Source: Fimbriosthenelais zetlandica
Lineage: Eukaryota
Assembly: GCA_977030845.1 (NCBI GenBank)
Contig: OZ365114.1
Coordinates: forward strand, 23,250,001-23,314,000
Direction of reading: 5' to 3'
DNA length: 64,000 nucleotides
Under the pieces are notes generated by a model. It was given only the letters and a program-made list of their open reading frames with translations. It made no database searches and was not told the origin of the DNA. The stretch's first letter is position 1. Each line of letters starts with the position of its first letter. The position numbers and the translations under genes are program-made. Below, one piece after another: positions 1 through 12,189 of the stretch.

Positions 1-184
1 GATTTAAAATATCCCTGGAAGTGTAAGCTGGTTTTCACGGGCTTCAGGGCCAAATATTACACACGTGAGTTTTCTCTTACAAGAAATATATATTTTGAGA
101 TAATGGAATGAATTAGTATAATTAATCTTTGTCCACATAAAAGGTCATGACATTGCTGAAGCAAACTGCATCTTGATTTTACAG

Positions 185-1486
185 AATCCTGCGGCGGATG
201 TGGAAATTATCACGGCAGTGAGCAGCCGGCCTGTGTGCGCCGTATATCATATCCCTGCGCACACAGCTGGCAGGAGAAGGTAAAGGGACCATGTGCCCCC
301 TCCTGGTGGTACCCCGACAACTGTGGACCCAGGTATGTCTACAGTCCTTATCTCAAATTGGGTCCAATATTCCAACCCCTTGTGTACCAATACTAATTGT
401 TCTAAAGTAAAACAGGTCATATCCTATCCATTTCCATGTATAAACATGCAACCGTTGGTGATCATCTAAAAAGTATAATTATTGTTGATGCAATATAATT
501 ACTTTCATTAAATGAAGATTGCCTCTGGGCCTGGGGTATCAGCTGCTATAATAGCACCTAGTGTTAATTGGTAGCAGCTTGAGAGAGTACCAGCTGATGG
601 GAAATTAAAATAAGAAATTAGAAAAGTTTTCTCCTTTCCGTAATTTTCAAATTTGGTACTTTGCAGATTGGTCACGAGGGTACGATATGCTACATGCTTC
701 AGAGATGAATATTATTGCTGTGATCATTTCTTATTAAGCGACAAAACATGCAAAAGTAAGCCTTCCATTAATTTGATGTGACAATTATCTCCCAAAATTA
801 CTAATACCTATTTTGATCCTTTATCTTTAAGCAGAATGATTATAATGATTTCTTCTCTTCGCCCACAGGTTCCAGCGCCCAAAAGCGATCGTCGAATAAC
901 GAAGCTTCCGTTTCCGGTGACCAACTGGTGGTGGTGCCCCCACCCGTCACCATCATGAACGACAACAACCTGACGCATGCGTGGTTGACGTGGTCAGACT
1001 GGGGGCGCTGCAGTCGTTCATGTGGCGGTGGCGTGCGAGCGCGCACGCGCAGATGTAGGGAGCATGGCGCATGCGGGTTAGAGTTAATTTTGATCAGATT
1101 TTGGCGTGACCTTATCCAATGAAAATAAAACTGGATCAAAAGACTGAATAAATAATGTAATTAAAAATCTACTGGGAGTTACGATGGCCCTTGTGTTAGA
1201 GGGGCATCAGTCGAGTTATCAAGTAAAATATTAACGCCCTATATAGTTTACCCCTTGCATTAACTATGTTCAAAAGCACTTCTATCAGATGAATAACATG
1301 AAATTTGGGGATGGCATTTCAATATTTTAAAGCTTATCCTGGAATCTATCTATAGCACCATTGTTTTCTTTTTGTTAGTGACCGTGATCTGGAGATCGAC
1401 CGTGAGCCATGTGGACAATCTGTATGTTACCGAGTTTGTCAGTCGACACGGGAGGAGCTCTGTGACTTTTGGTATTCATGTAAAAA
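185..1486 (+). CDS. Partial multi-exon extracellular protein: Cys-rich EMI-like region followed by a thrombospondin type-1 (TSP1) repeat; 5' end lies outside the window, 3' end unresolved
   Basis: Phase-consistent GT-AG exons 185-332, 667-755, 869-1076, 1379-1486. They translate to SCGGCGNYHG...RLVTRVRYATCFRDEYYCCDHFLLSDKTCK (EMI-like Y..CC...C ending) and [49 protein letters not shown] (WxxWxxW, CSxSCG, RxRxRxC = TSP1). Confidence 0.85.
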
Positions 1487-2319
1487 GTATGTTACAGTCT
1501 TTCAACTTGATGATAATTTTGGCTTAATATATGCCGATATCAATAATATTTTAAATATTCAACTTATATAATTCATTTTGTATTATCTCATTTGCTTCCA
1601 GAACGTTTTACCATATATGTGAAGTTTATTGTGCTGCTGGATTCCGTCAAATGGGAGACCGTTGCCAATCCATTGCTGCATAAAAAGTGAATCAAAAAAG
1701 TTTGTCTTATTGATTGGTAGACATACATGCAAGTGGAGCATATTGGTATTGGTGGAAGGAAAATTAGTGATGCTCTTTACAAGACTGTACCACTCATGTG
1801 ATAACATAAAGAATTTCACAAATTGGAACCCCTTCAGAACCATGGAACAGCATCAGATGAGAATTAGGCTAACCTCTTCCCCTCAGATGCTTTGAACAGT
1901 ATACATGTAGGCCCTAATACAATTCAAATCAAAAAGCCATATGTAGCTCAAATGTGTAGCCTTTCGTGGCAGAATGATTCATTCCCCTTCCAGAATATAT
2001 ACGCTGGAACATTGGAAACCTGGCAGAAAACCTAGCTATCCCATTTGGGATTTATTGAACTAGTAGTGTCGTGATTTAAGCAATCGCTGGATCCTCCATT
2101 TTTGATACTTCAGGAAGATAAAGGAAAGACAATTCTAACTACTACAGTGTCTCATTACTACATTATAATGTCTTATTTATAAATATTGAGTTATTACAAG
2201 CATCGATCTTGTGTGTGCGTTATTTTAGTAGCAAATGGTTCATGATAGACTCGTGTGGGAGTGCTTCTATATTATTATATTCAATGTTTTTACTACATGT
2301 ATCTTTTTACACCTGCTAA

Positions 2320-5300
2320 GTGGTGGATTTTCATCTGAACCGAACAGCTACTTGCATGGTATTTATCAGAAGCAGGGATCGATATTGTTAAGAAATAATA
2401 CGGATGTAATGTCTATCATAAAGTGCTGAGGTAATGTGAGAAGATGGACAGTACATTAGGCCTACTTCCCGGCAGTATATAAGGACTTTCCATGATTATG
2501 ACCTGTGTCATACCCCTGAGTGGAATTGCTCATGCAGGGATGCTGCTCTATCAGGTGTAATTGTTGTTTTTCATGTCTGAATCGAAGGCGTTCAATGTGC
2601 GTTCAATGAGTTGAAATAACAGACATGCGCCCATTCCAGGGTTCGATATAAAAGCTATGTTAATATCATGATTTGAACACTTCGACAAAATCCATTGATT
2701 CAATTCAAATCCATGACGAATCCTCAAACTCGCGGAACTTACAAATCACGAGTAGATTCGGTTTGAATATTGTTGCATAATATTGATGCGCTAATGTAAA
2801 TTTTATATTGAATCAAAATAATTATATCGCCAAGAAATTAATAGGCCTATTTACTATAGGCCCAGTAGATTGTTATGAACATTCCATATAATCTATGATT
2901 GATATAATTTTGATAAAGATAACTGTGAATTTTTTGTGTAAATAATTCTTCTAGATAGCCTATCTGTTATTCGTCTGAAACAATAAAGAAGTTACAAGAC
3001 AAACACATTTACTCCATTAAACATATATTTTTCTCTGAGTCGAGTCCATGCATCATTCTTAGCAACCATTGCTTCAAAGAAAATGTATTAGGGCTGTGAG
3101 ATTTGCCTTCTGAGAGAGACAACAGGTGTCTCTCATGAGCAAGGAGGCCTATATCCACGCATGGCATATTCATTGAGGTGCTATCGGTATCGATCATACT
3201 CTGAAACTCTCAACAAACACTAATAACTTGATAATAAATTTCAATAATTGATTTTGCCATTATCATTTATACAGTGTCATGTACCGACATGCCAGATGAC
3301 ACAGGCGGCATATTAGGCCAGCGGTAGGCTGAGGACGCTGTCTGTTTGCTGGAGATGTCTGGTCAGAATGTGAAATCACCCACGTCTCGTTGTTGGTAGT
3401 TTATCATGGTACCAGCGGCGCATGTCGGTGACTCAGTCAGTCTGCTCGTGTGTTGCATGAGGTTTTTGCAGATTTATTTCAATTATAGATTGACATGATG
3501 CTTGCTTGTAGGCGCCCCGTTTTCTAATATCTATGAGTGAATGTCTGATGAATTGTCCTATATGACTATTAGGCCAATAGGCCTACGTATAGGCAGTATA
3601 CAGCAGACGCGTCTATCATAGGGAATCAGACGCGTCTACCATAGGGAAACTATAGGGAATCTGACGCGTCTACCATAGGGAATCTGACGCGTCTACCATA
3701 AGGAAACTAGAGGGAATCAGACGCGTCTACCATAGGGAAACTATAGGGAATCTGACGCGTCTACCATAGGGAATCTGACGCGTCTACCATAAGGAAACTA
3801 GAGGGAATCAGACGCGTCTACCATAGGTAATCTATAGGGAATCAGATCTATATTCTTTGGTTCTTTAAAGTTCTTGTTAGTACTAGAATATTTATCTAAA
3901 CTTAGAAATATTCAGGAAGGTAATATTTAGAGGTTTAGAGAATACAGACCTCTATTTCTATGTGCTTTTAATGAGAGACTGAAAGCCTTTGGAATAATTG
4001 CTGGCTTTTTAGTTTTTTTTCCGCATCAATTATTCAGAAAAAAAAGTTTCAGTGTATGGGGGCTGCAAACGATTATGGTGCGCACCAAAGGGAGAAAAAC
4101 AACAGAAAAAGAATTTCAAAAGGTTCTTTTGAAGCAGACAGTACCATATGGAAATTTGACAACAGAAACCAATTAAAAAGCAAACAATTCCTCTATATTT
4201 AGCCAAGTAAAAAGGCACCAGTGCTTCCTTCATAAAAAGGAAGCAGATGTGTACATGATTTTGTTCTAATAATAAATGCTGCACCTTTCATTTGTCACAA
4301 AGTATCGTTTCCAGGGTATTTCGGTGACTACTCGAGGTCAACAAACACAGAAAGTAGACAATCAGTGTTTGTAGAGAAACAGCAAGCATTTATATTTGTC
4401 AATGTCCCCAGACCACTGACGACTGACGATAGAAAGTCCACAAACCAACCACACATTAATCATTTCTATATTTTTTCCATTGGGTCCACTCAGAGTCAAA
4501 AATGCTTGTGGTGCATTCAATACTATATGATAATATATGAGATTTTGAGTTTACAGTTACTGTAACCTATTAATTATGATAATTGATATGTCTTGGACTA
4601 ATGGGTAATACTCACAAAACGATTGATCTATTTCTTGGGGTAATTAGTCCACAATTAACATATCAAAGACGAAGATTATACATGGAGGGTGTAATAATGT
4701 GGCACATTTTAAGTTCACATGTCCAAAGAAGTGAGACGAGATTTTAACTAGGTTATGTTCATGAAGCAAAGAGTAAGGTGGGGAGGCGGGAGAGGTGTTG
4801 GTAGTGGGGGATGGATGGAAGGAGACCATGCATGTATAAACACAGACAGTCAGTGACGCTTGGACCAGAGCACGAGGGAGGCAGTTGGAGGGTGAGACAG
4901 ACGGTCAAGGTATTTCCCATAGGTGTTCCCTTTTCTATTCATCCACTATTGTGGTCTCCTATACAGCAGACCTGAGGTCCAAGTGCTGAAGCCTGAATAT
5001 GGGCCCAGAGACTGCATGAGAGAGGGTGACACTTTATTGGTACAATACATAAGAACAAGGGGTAAATATAAATACACACCTGAGCAGGGCAAACTTCTTG
5101 CCCTCCTCCTCCCCTTCTCGTTGCGTATTCTGAACCATCAGTCTGTGTATGCACCTGCATCTACTTCGTCAACATTGCAAGGCTCAGTGATGTATTGGAC
5201 CTGGTACTATGAGATTTCTACTGGATTTAGACTCGATTACCTAACTATAAAATCTACCCAGCACCACCCAGCAGATGACAAACATGATTGAGGGAGAATA

Positions 5301-6659
5301 TTAGCATTTGCTGCTGTATAAAGGGAAGGAGTTTGGGTCGAGTTCTTCATCCGTGAAGCTGGATTAACACAGAACATGCCAGATAGGGGTTTCATATTCC
5401 TTCTTCTCAGCATTGGTTTTGCAAGGAGCACAGAAACAACCCTCGATGACTCAGGTAATTGGTCTTCCATTTTTTGGTCTATTATCCTTTATCTGACTTG
5501 TACTTTTGTGTTTCAGAGGGAGTAAAATTGTATGTGGAGTACTGTATATATGACATGTTATTTGCTCTGATTTAGGCAACAGTAGTTTGGGGTCATATGA
5601 ATATGTGCAGCAACAGCAATTTCTACATATAGATTAGGCTGGATTGGAAAGAGTTCTATGGACCTATATATAGAATCCATATGGTCAGGCACGCCCAGTA
5701 AAATCAATCACAGTGAATGATGGTCATGATGGAAACATTCTATTGAAAGAATGCCAAGTACTTTGAACAAATGGTTTCCAAACATAGATCCCTCAAACTG
5801 TATGGGGACAGCTGAATTTGAGGCAAGGTAGTTGGACTGTGGTGTCATTTAATACATGTGATATAGATCTATGCATTTAGTATTCCGAAATACATTTTTC
5901 ACACATCAATTTTATCATGAAGAAATCTCAAGATGGTATCCCAAGATAAGGGTAATGTGAATTGAAAGATTGAATATGAGTTTAAGCTTGGTTGAATCTT
6001 AGATTTTACTCTAAGGTTGAATGGAAGATATATCGGGGTCAGGGGTATGGATAATGCTGCACGAAATGCACATCTCTCACGTGGTGTTGATGACATATGA
6101 TATATCTACTGCACAAAAAAACATGCACAGGAATATACTTTTACATCCTCCTAAATCATCCACGATTTCCACAGGAAGCAATTGGGATAACTGTAGCCTT
6201 TTTGCGTAAAAAACTAATTACATAATAAAAAGAGATTTGAATAGATCGAGCTACTTGATACATACTAATACAGCTCCTTCATTGTCGTGCCCCTGCTGGG
6301 AATATATTCTCCCACCTAAATAACATGGACTGTTTTCCCATGCAGTCGTGGAAAAAAACTTATTTGTTTGTTGAGATATCCACCCACAAATACCCATCAA
6401 TAATCTCTTTGTCCTGGCGTCTCAGACAGTGGGCATTGAGCTACATAGCATACAATAGACCTTCCCATCCCGTCCTCACTGTCACAGGTATGGTGTCGTA
6501 TAGTTTTACTACAATCTCTTGGCAATGATATCACCTTTTATACTATCCCCTTTGTCTCTTTTCCTTTCTCCTCAAATACATGAACATGGCCATGCATGGA
6601 TGGTTCCTGGTCTGAGAGCGAATCCATAATCCATGGGAACCATCATTTTGCTCTCATAG
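2320..6659 (+). pseudogene. Decayed exon-like copies of the ~100-aa module found at the N-terminus of the downstream protease
   Basis: Stop- and frameshift-ridden segments resemble the intact modules at 9514-10305. ~2320-2555 gives SYLHGIYQKQG (vs PYVEGVYQLQN). ~4960-5455 gives NHQSVY...YWTWYYE. ~6320-6659 gives YLFVEISTHKYPSI and QVWCRIVLLQSLGND (vs NVWFLGTSLGSD) and ends ATA G|GT like the intact exon. Similarity judged by eye only. Confidence 0.35.
3604..3845. repeat. Minisatellite with 23/34-bp units around a palindromic (A/T)GACGCGTCT core, with a 91-bp higher-order period
   Basis: GACGCGTC starts at 3606, 3629, 3663, 3686, 3720, 3754, 3777, 3811 (spacings 23,34,23,34,34,23,34). The 34-bp unit is the 23-bp unit plus an 11-bp AACTA(T/G)AGGGA-type insert. 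Confidence 0.95.
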
Positions 6660-9513
6660 GTATTATTACCAGTATAAAAATCGTTTGTGATGCCTTCTTT
6701 TTGTATTTATCAGTGGTATTTACATGTATATAGGAGATATATAATACGCAATATACAATTAATTGAAGAATTGCTGGTCCCGTTTGCGAAGGACTAGGTC
6801 ATAGTAAATTTGCTAATAACATAGTACATTGCACCTCAAAACAAAGATCAACAATGTGTGAAAGGGACCCAGATGAGAATGTCGCTAAAAGCGTCATTTA
6901 CACTCCAGCATCGCTGGATATTTTCCAGCTAAGATTTCTATTATACAGGTTAAGCTAACACGGTAGTGTCTTTCTCATGACTTAGCCCCCTTTAACCTCT
7001 AATGTGAAGCAGTGAAGTACAGATAATAACAGATCATTGTACGTGAACTGACTCCTGAGAGGCCTAATGCATCACTTCAGAGACAATTCTGAAAACATGT
7101 TTTTCCCAAAATAAATCGACTCCACCACATAGTGATAAATGCTTTTAATGGGTATTTTGGAAGGGGATCGCAGACCTATTAGTTTACTGAGATGGCCTTT
7201 GAATGAAACCAATAGATCCCTGGAGCAGGAATGAAGTTATTGATAACTATATGAATTTATTTCAGAATTTAGTATCAATGTGAACAAAATTGCTAAAATA
7301 ATTCATCGTCGAGGTATCTTAGATGGTATGACTATATATCTTAGATGGTATTTCCTGAAAGAATAAGAGGTTTTTGTAAGGCATGGGAAAGATATTGAGT
7401 CAATCTGATCCCAAGGGGAGTTGTATAAGAATTGAAAAGAAAGTAAGGAACCAGTATATACAGGAAATGGTTTGGTGAACTTCGTTTATAACCTTTTTAA
7501 GCTTGTACTCCTGAATTAAGCAATGAATACATCGCACGTACGTGTGTGCTGCTTGACCGGACATCCATTCAGTACAAACCAATTACCGTTTGCACCCGCG
7601 AGCGTTCAGGTATCAAGACTTTGATTTTATCCAACGGCACGAGAACTGGGGAGACTAAACCAACTACCATGGGAAAAAATATAATATCTATTTATGCAAT
7701 TTGAAAGGTGTCAATGCATTTTTTTCCCCTGACCACAGTGCTCTAGAATATTCTTCTATTGAAGGTGACTATTTGAATTTGGGTTTTCCTCGCTGCTTGA
7801 GGTAGCGCAATACGCACTGCTAACCTATCGACCAAGTCATCTCTGCTGCCGAGATAAGAGTCGTTTGTCTTTCATGTGTAAAGCACGTATACACCCACCA
7901 ATTTTATAGTCATTGAACCTTTTGTAGTCTCGCCTTTCAAAAACTGATCTCAATCAACAGTCTATCTGTTATCTATCGGTGGTGACAGGAAGCAGAATGA
8001 CATAATTAATAGGTCAAAGAACCAGAGAAAAACGTTGTTCAAGTAAGGAAGTGGGAGCTGTATTTGATGTTAGATGTGGGTATTTGTCTGTGATATGAAT
8101 GATTTATGGTTTGGTTTTGTGCCTGACAGACCATCTGTCAAAATAAATTTGAACTCACACTTCACTCGTTTAATTTTCCCATCCGAGAACTGCTCTAATT
8201 AAAGCCTGGGTATGAAGGTTCCTGGGAATATTAGTGGTCTTAAGATCAGTGATGTGTGCATTATGATAATGGGATAATTGACAGTGTTATGCATGTTGGT
8301 TAAATCAATATTGACTTTCGTTAATGGCTCTGATATAAGTGATTGTTCAATAGAATGCTGTAGTCGGGACTTATCTATACAGCGTTTAGGAATATAACAA
8401 ATAGAGTCGGGAATTTTTATCTTGAATTGCTATATTCAGGTCCCATCCATCAACCCTTTACTTCCCTTTGAAGTTCACCAGATTGCATAAGGACATGGGT
8501 TGTACCGTAATTAATCACATTTAATAGTTGAGGGAATGAGGTGACAGAGGATACAATGTTCTGAGAGCTACTGTCTGTGCATTCCTCCCTTTGAAAGTCA
8601 ATCTACCTTGAAGGTTCTGTATGCCTCTATGGCCTTTAAAGCTTACCCCCAATGGTCTACCTCAAGATTCTACCAGCAAACCATGCTAGGTACACCGAGT
8701 CTAACCTTTGACAACCCACCAAAACCGTGAAAGCTTACACTCATGGTAGAAAAGGGTTAGAAGGCCACATCAAGCACAAAGGTTTCCAAATGCAAATATG
8801 TCATCTCAGCTTCAGTGAAAGTGTCAAGTTTCCTCGAATTTAATGTGTTAACTACTGTATGCTCGAGTATTGATCACATGATAGACCTTTATAAAGAGTG
8901 ACCAAGATTTGGTTCAAAATCCAAAGGTACATAATACATAACAAATTGATTTGTAACGAGACAATTATGGGTAATCTTTGGGTTATGAAGAAAAAACTGA
9001 GGATCCATTTTTCTTTTAAAGGCGGTATTCCACTGCCGCAATTTTGCTGCCGATGTATTTGTGTACATGGCTGATCGTAAGCAAAATCGCAGCTGTGGAG
9101 TACCAACTTAAAGTCATTCTCATGGCTGTATGAGGAAGTATCACGTACTGACCTTACACAGTTTAAGGTAAGCCAACAAAATAATGTGACAAGCAGTAAT
9201 AAAACCAGTATAGAAACATGACTGTTGACAGGTGCACCACAACTTACCTCACCACAGGCCCATTTAATGCTACAGATTTATCCCCTTTTTATCATGCCCC
9301 TATCACCCTGCTTTTGTAAAGACTAAGCGTTCAATATCTTGGTAATCACATTTCCTTAGATATATTTGACAAGAGGTTAACCAAGAAGGTTGAAAGCTGG
9401 TGTACCTTGACTTTTTGTATTTTATTTGCATGCTGCTTTTGTCAAGAATGTTCTTGCTGCTCATGAGTGCTTTGGATGATGAAATTCTATGCTCATTTTC
9501 TCTTGTTTTCTAG

Positions 9514-12189
9514 CCTGTCCCCATCTCCTCTTTGTTGCTGGTAATCGGGATTACCCCTATGTGGAAGGAGTCTACCAGCTACAGAACACCACCAATGGGA
9601 GCCATGCCATCTACAAACATTCCTGTCATGAGATATTCCTCTATCATGAGGAGGACACTGCCACCTGGTGGATAGGACCAGAAATAGGTGGTGCGACAGG
9701 TTATGCTCTTCTCTATTCTGCTGATAAGACGCCTGTTACCAAAGGTAACAAGGATAGCTGGCGTTACTGGAAGCACTCAGAACGTGTCTGGCTCTATGAC
9801 AATGATGCTAGAATGATATGTTTAGGTAAACCTTATTTTCTGTCATGGTCTATTTTCTGGACCTCAAATCTGGTTATCATACTTCCTTTGACGAAATGGA
9901 ATTTTGCTATTGCTATTGTCTTGCTATTGAAGGAAATAAAGCGAAGTCATATTTTATTTGGTTTTTTAGATTTGACCTGCCAGAGGCTGCAGTTGGAAGG
10001 AGAAGACCTTCCCAACACTACCAGAGTGACCTACCACCTGACAGACATGGTCCACCAGGACAGACCTGTCTACCAGAGCCAAGATGGCGGCCTCTATATC
10101 TACCATGGCCAACTCTCTGTGGCCTGCAATGTTTGGTTCCTTGGCACGTCTCTGGGTTCTGACGAGGCCCTCATGTTTGTCTATGACAGAGCTAGGGCTC
10201 CTCACAACATCCAAGCTCTGTGGACACTCAGTGACAGAATTACTTATTATGGAGACCATGGGGTGACATACAGGGAAGGTCTAAATGTGTCTATAGAATG
10301 TATAGGTAATATTCCCCTTATTTTACTCTCCTGAAGTGTTTTGTCTTTATAGTAGGCCTATTTCCTTTCCGATTGCTACTGAACACAATCTGATGATTTA
10401 CATTGCTGAGAACAGCATTCAAACAGTGATTGATTACCACCTCTGCTTTCAACACTTTTTAAAAAAGGATATGCACTTATCTTTCCAGAAGATTCCATGT
10501 TTGGGAAGGTAAAACCCAGGGTTTCTCAGGATCCCAACTCGAGTGTACAATCTGAGAATGATACACTCAATTCTACGTCTGCTTCCTCTCCTGTAACTAT
10601 AGGTAAGTACTTAAACTCGTGTGAGGTGCATGAAACTCTTCTTAATACAGAGGACCGAAATGAACTTCTTTAAGTTACAATTTCTTTTTTTCCTTTCCAA
10701 ATTTCAGACTGTGGTAGAGTCGTTGCTACAAAACCAACAGGACCCGTATTGCAACTAATTTCTGGACGGGATTCCAGTTTTCAAGGAAAATGGCCCTGGA
10801 TGGTAATTATGTCACTTTGATACAAACTGAGAACACCTTATGATCGATTCTGGAAGAATTCACTAAGGATTTTCAAATTGTTTTTTTTCTAGGTTGCAAT
10901 ACTCAAAAGTAATAATGTAACAAAATGTGGAGCAGCTATCATCTCTAGCAAATATCTTATAACTGCAGCCCATTGCATAGATGGGTAAGTACAACATGAT
11001 CATTGCTTTAATTGCATTAAGGTAAGGTAGAATGAATATTATAAATACCTGGACGTTCTTCTGTTTTCTTGCAGGTCAAATTCTAGTCTGAGATCATATC
11101 AACTTTTAATGGGTGCGAACAATCGAGCAGTCAATGAAAACCATACTCAACACTTTAAAATTAAACGAACTGTTCTCCATGATAACTTTACCTTTTCAAC
11201 AAGACCATTCAGGTGAGCCCTTCCTTCTAGCTTCTGCTACATAACATTGGCACCGTTTACAGGAGTACTCCTTTTGGAAAACTTACTTTCATATATTTTG
11301 TTTCCCAAAATGATCATTAAAGTAAAAGTAGCTGTACATCACTTGGTCGTTCTTTTTTCCAGGTTGAAAAATGACCTGGGAATAATAGAAGTAGATGGCG
11401 AGATAGAATTCACGCCATATGTGAGGCCACTTTGCTTGCCAAACTCTTCCACATCCACCCTACCTTACCCCAATGTACGATCACTTTATGAAGAGTGCTT
11501 TGTCACTGGCTTTGGAAACTCCCGTGTTGATGGTACAACCCTCTTTTTTAATTCACTAACTGGCCTTTTACTGTGAATTTATACACTTTTATCCAATTAA
11601 AGGGATTTGAATCAAAGTAATTACTTGTAAGTTTCATCTATGTTTTTCTGGTCTCTTAGCCAGTGGAAGACACAGTGGATCAGGAGGAGTGTTACAAGAG
11701 CAGGTAGTCTCTCTACAGACAATATCCTCATGTTCTCGTCGCTATTTTTCGGCCTATGATTGGCTAACTTCTAGCAAGAATATCTGTGTTCGACCTGCAA
11801 ATTATGGCAAACTATGTCAGGTGAGTTGGTGTAATTCAGTATTAGTGATGGACTTTATATCTCGGCAGGCAGTCGACAGACTGCTTGCCCAGGTGAGATG
11901 CGCATGCGCAGCGAGAGGCACTTCCGTTTTGTTTAGCAAGTAGATGCCCATGTTTTTCTGTTCCTCCGTCGGATTCACTTATGTGTGGGAAATGATAATT
12001 TAATGTTTATTATCTTGTAACTTTCAGGGTGATAGCGGCAGTCCACTCATGTGTCGCCGTGGTGAGGAGTGGACACTAGTTGGAGTGGCAAGTTGGTCAT
12101 ATGCTGCTTGTATTAGTGGAAGTGTCCCTTCAGTTTATGTGGACATTACCAAACACTATGAGTGGATGGCTGAACATATTGCCAACTAG
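9514..12189 (+). CDS. Modular S1 (chymotrypsin-fold) serine protease: two ~105-aa aromatic-rich modules, a Ser/Thr linker and a protease domain; start/signal exon not identified
   Basis: Phase-consistent exons 9514-9825, 9970-10305, 10489-10602, 10708-10802, 10893-10984, 11075-11212, 11363-11532, 11660-11820, 12028-12189 (TAG). Motifs: DCG...QL|ISGR..GKWPWM, TAAHC (His), NDLGII (Asp), RPLCLP, CFVTGFG, KLCQGDSGSPLMC (Ser), LVGVASW, PSVYVDI. Confidence 0.93.
11899..11926. promoter_or_regulatory. NRF1-type palindrome TGCGCATGCGCA plus an ETS core (CACTTCCG) inside the last protease intron
   Basis: Exact TGCGCATGCGCA at 11899-11910, CACTTCCG about 9 bp downstream, in a locally CpG-rich patch of an otherwise AT-rich intron. 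Confidence 0.4.

Noticed and set aside
3604-3845. CRISPR-like array (palindromic repeats at semi-regular spacing)
   Set aside because: The inter-repeat sequences are themselves repeats rather than unique spacers, there are no cas genes, and the context is eukaryotic. It is a minisatellite.
9489-10334. 281-aa ORF as a single-exon membrane protein
   Set aside because: The hydrophobic middle is an in-frame 144-bp intron (9826-9969) with consensus splice sites.
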